From positions 1,120,001 to 1,184,000 of the forward strand of contig CBDCDA010000002.1 of the NCBI GenBank assembly GCA_965215335.1: DNA of 64,000 nt. Direction: 5' to 3'. Position 1 is the first letter of the stretch; every line of letters begins with the position of its first letter. The notes beneath the pieces were generated by a model. The model ran no database searches. It worked only from the letters and a program-made list of their open reading frames with translations, and was not told where the DNA came from. Positions 63,103 to 64,000 of the stretch are shown here, piece after piece. The DNA is from an uncultured Candidatus Entotheonella sp. GTDB lineage: Bacteria > Tectomicrobia > Entotheonellia > Entotheonellales > Entotheonellaceae. The translations under genes and the position numbers were made by a program.

Positions 63103-63987
63103 TTACACCGGCATGGCGCGTCGGGTATGGGTGCGCCCTTCCTTGGCCGTTTCCTCCCGGCCGCCTGCGATTACTCGAACTCCCGAGTCGATCTTCTCGA
63201 TCACCGTTTCCGGCGTGCAGCTTTCCAGGTAGGCCAGACCATTGGCTCGGCAAGCATGAAAGACGCGGTCGCGCGCCCGTTGCACGTCGGGCGGGAACGG
63301 CTCGCGCGGCACCTGTTTGTAGCCCATCGCCAGGCCCAGATCGCCCGGACCCATCTCGGCAAATCCGAGGCCGGGCACGCTGAGGATCTGCTCAACATTG
63401 GAAATCCCTTCAAGGCTCTCGATCTTCACCCCCAGGAGCAGTTCGCCCCGCGGGTTGAGGGGCCACGGATCGGCGCGGTCGATGTAGGCTTCCTGACTCA
63501 CGCCCCAGATGGCCGCCGCTTCGGGTTCCGAACCGCGTCCGCGTCGGCCAGCCCGCAGGCCGCGACCGACGCCGACGGTATGGGTCGGATACCGGCAGGA
63601 CTCCACAAAGGCGCGTACGGCGTCGGCTGATTCCGCCTGGCAGAGCAGGATGCCGTGGACGCCGCGGGCGAGAATCTGTCGGAACTGCCAGGCATTGTTG
63701 CGAATAACGGACGCGCTCGATCCATCGACCGGAACTTCGACGATCACCGCCGGGGTTCGGTGGCCGCTGGCCGTCGGGCCGCCGTCGACCAGCCCCTGCA
63801 CGTACGTCCCCAGCCCGGTCATGTCGAACGCCCCGTGCTCCATCCCGACGTTGATGTAATCGGCCCACGTACTGGCGTCCTCACGGCCCTTGTCATAGGT
63901 CAGAACGTGCCCCGTATGGCCGCCGTCGTAGTAGATCGGCTGGCCGCTTGCCAGCAGGGCAACGGCACGGTTGATGCGGTTTTGCAT
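63103..63987 (-). CDS. HpcH/HpaI aldolase/citrate lyase family protein
   Basis: MEHGAFD, GVHGILLC, CRYP, KIES, MGPGDL. Confidence 0.85.
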   Translation of the reverse strand: MQNRINRAVALLASGQPIYYDGGHTGHVLTYDKGREDASTWADYINVGMEHGAFDMTGLGTYVQGLVDGGPTASGHRTPAVIVEVPVDGSSASVIRNNAWQFRQILARGVHGILLCQAESADAVRAFVESCRYPTHTVGVGRGLRAGRRGRGSEPEAAAIWGVSQEAYIDRADPWPLNPRGELLLGVKIESLEGISNVEQILSVPGLGFAEMGPGDLGLAMGYKQVPREPFPPDVQRARDRVFHACRANGLAYLESCTPETVIEKIDSGVRVIAGGREETAKEGRTHTRRAMPV

Positions 63988-64000
63988 GGGGTGTCCTTTC

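Overview
GC-rich bacterial chromosome segment; no CRISPR array, rRNA or prophage was seen. Core and catabolic genes include thyA, a DsbA-like protein, a HpaB-family/flavin reductase/acyl-CoA dehydrogenase run, a PduO-type adenosyltransferase, def, queG, mdh, ACT-malic enzyme, ggt, pgi and ilvC. Three accessory blocks interrupt them. (1) A ~13 kb defence island right after tRNA-Asn: type I R-M (hsdM/S/R plus M48 protein) with two gene pairs inserted in the operon, a PHP-ABC ATPase and a SRAP protein. (2) An IS701-like element with intact ends, next to an ATPase + PD-(D/E)xK nuclease pair that carries a nonsense codon. (3) An AT-rich islet with a MazEF-like TA pair, a decayed type II R-M pair and a Uma2 relic. 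A complete norCBQD cluster with a two-heme NorC is also present. Two recoding signals are missed by the ORF track. One is an AhpE-like peroxiredoxin with in-frame UGA at the catalytic Cys position (probable selenoprotein), divergent from a reductive-dehalogenase-like gene. The other is a MoxR AAA+/VWA fusion gene with an A10 run at the domain junction and an immediate -1 stop, suggesting two subunits from one gene. All product calls come from motif recognition by eye; no database searches were run.
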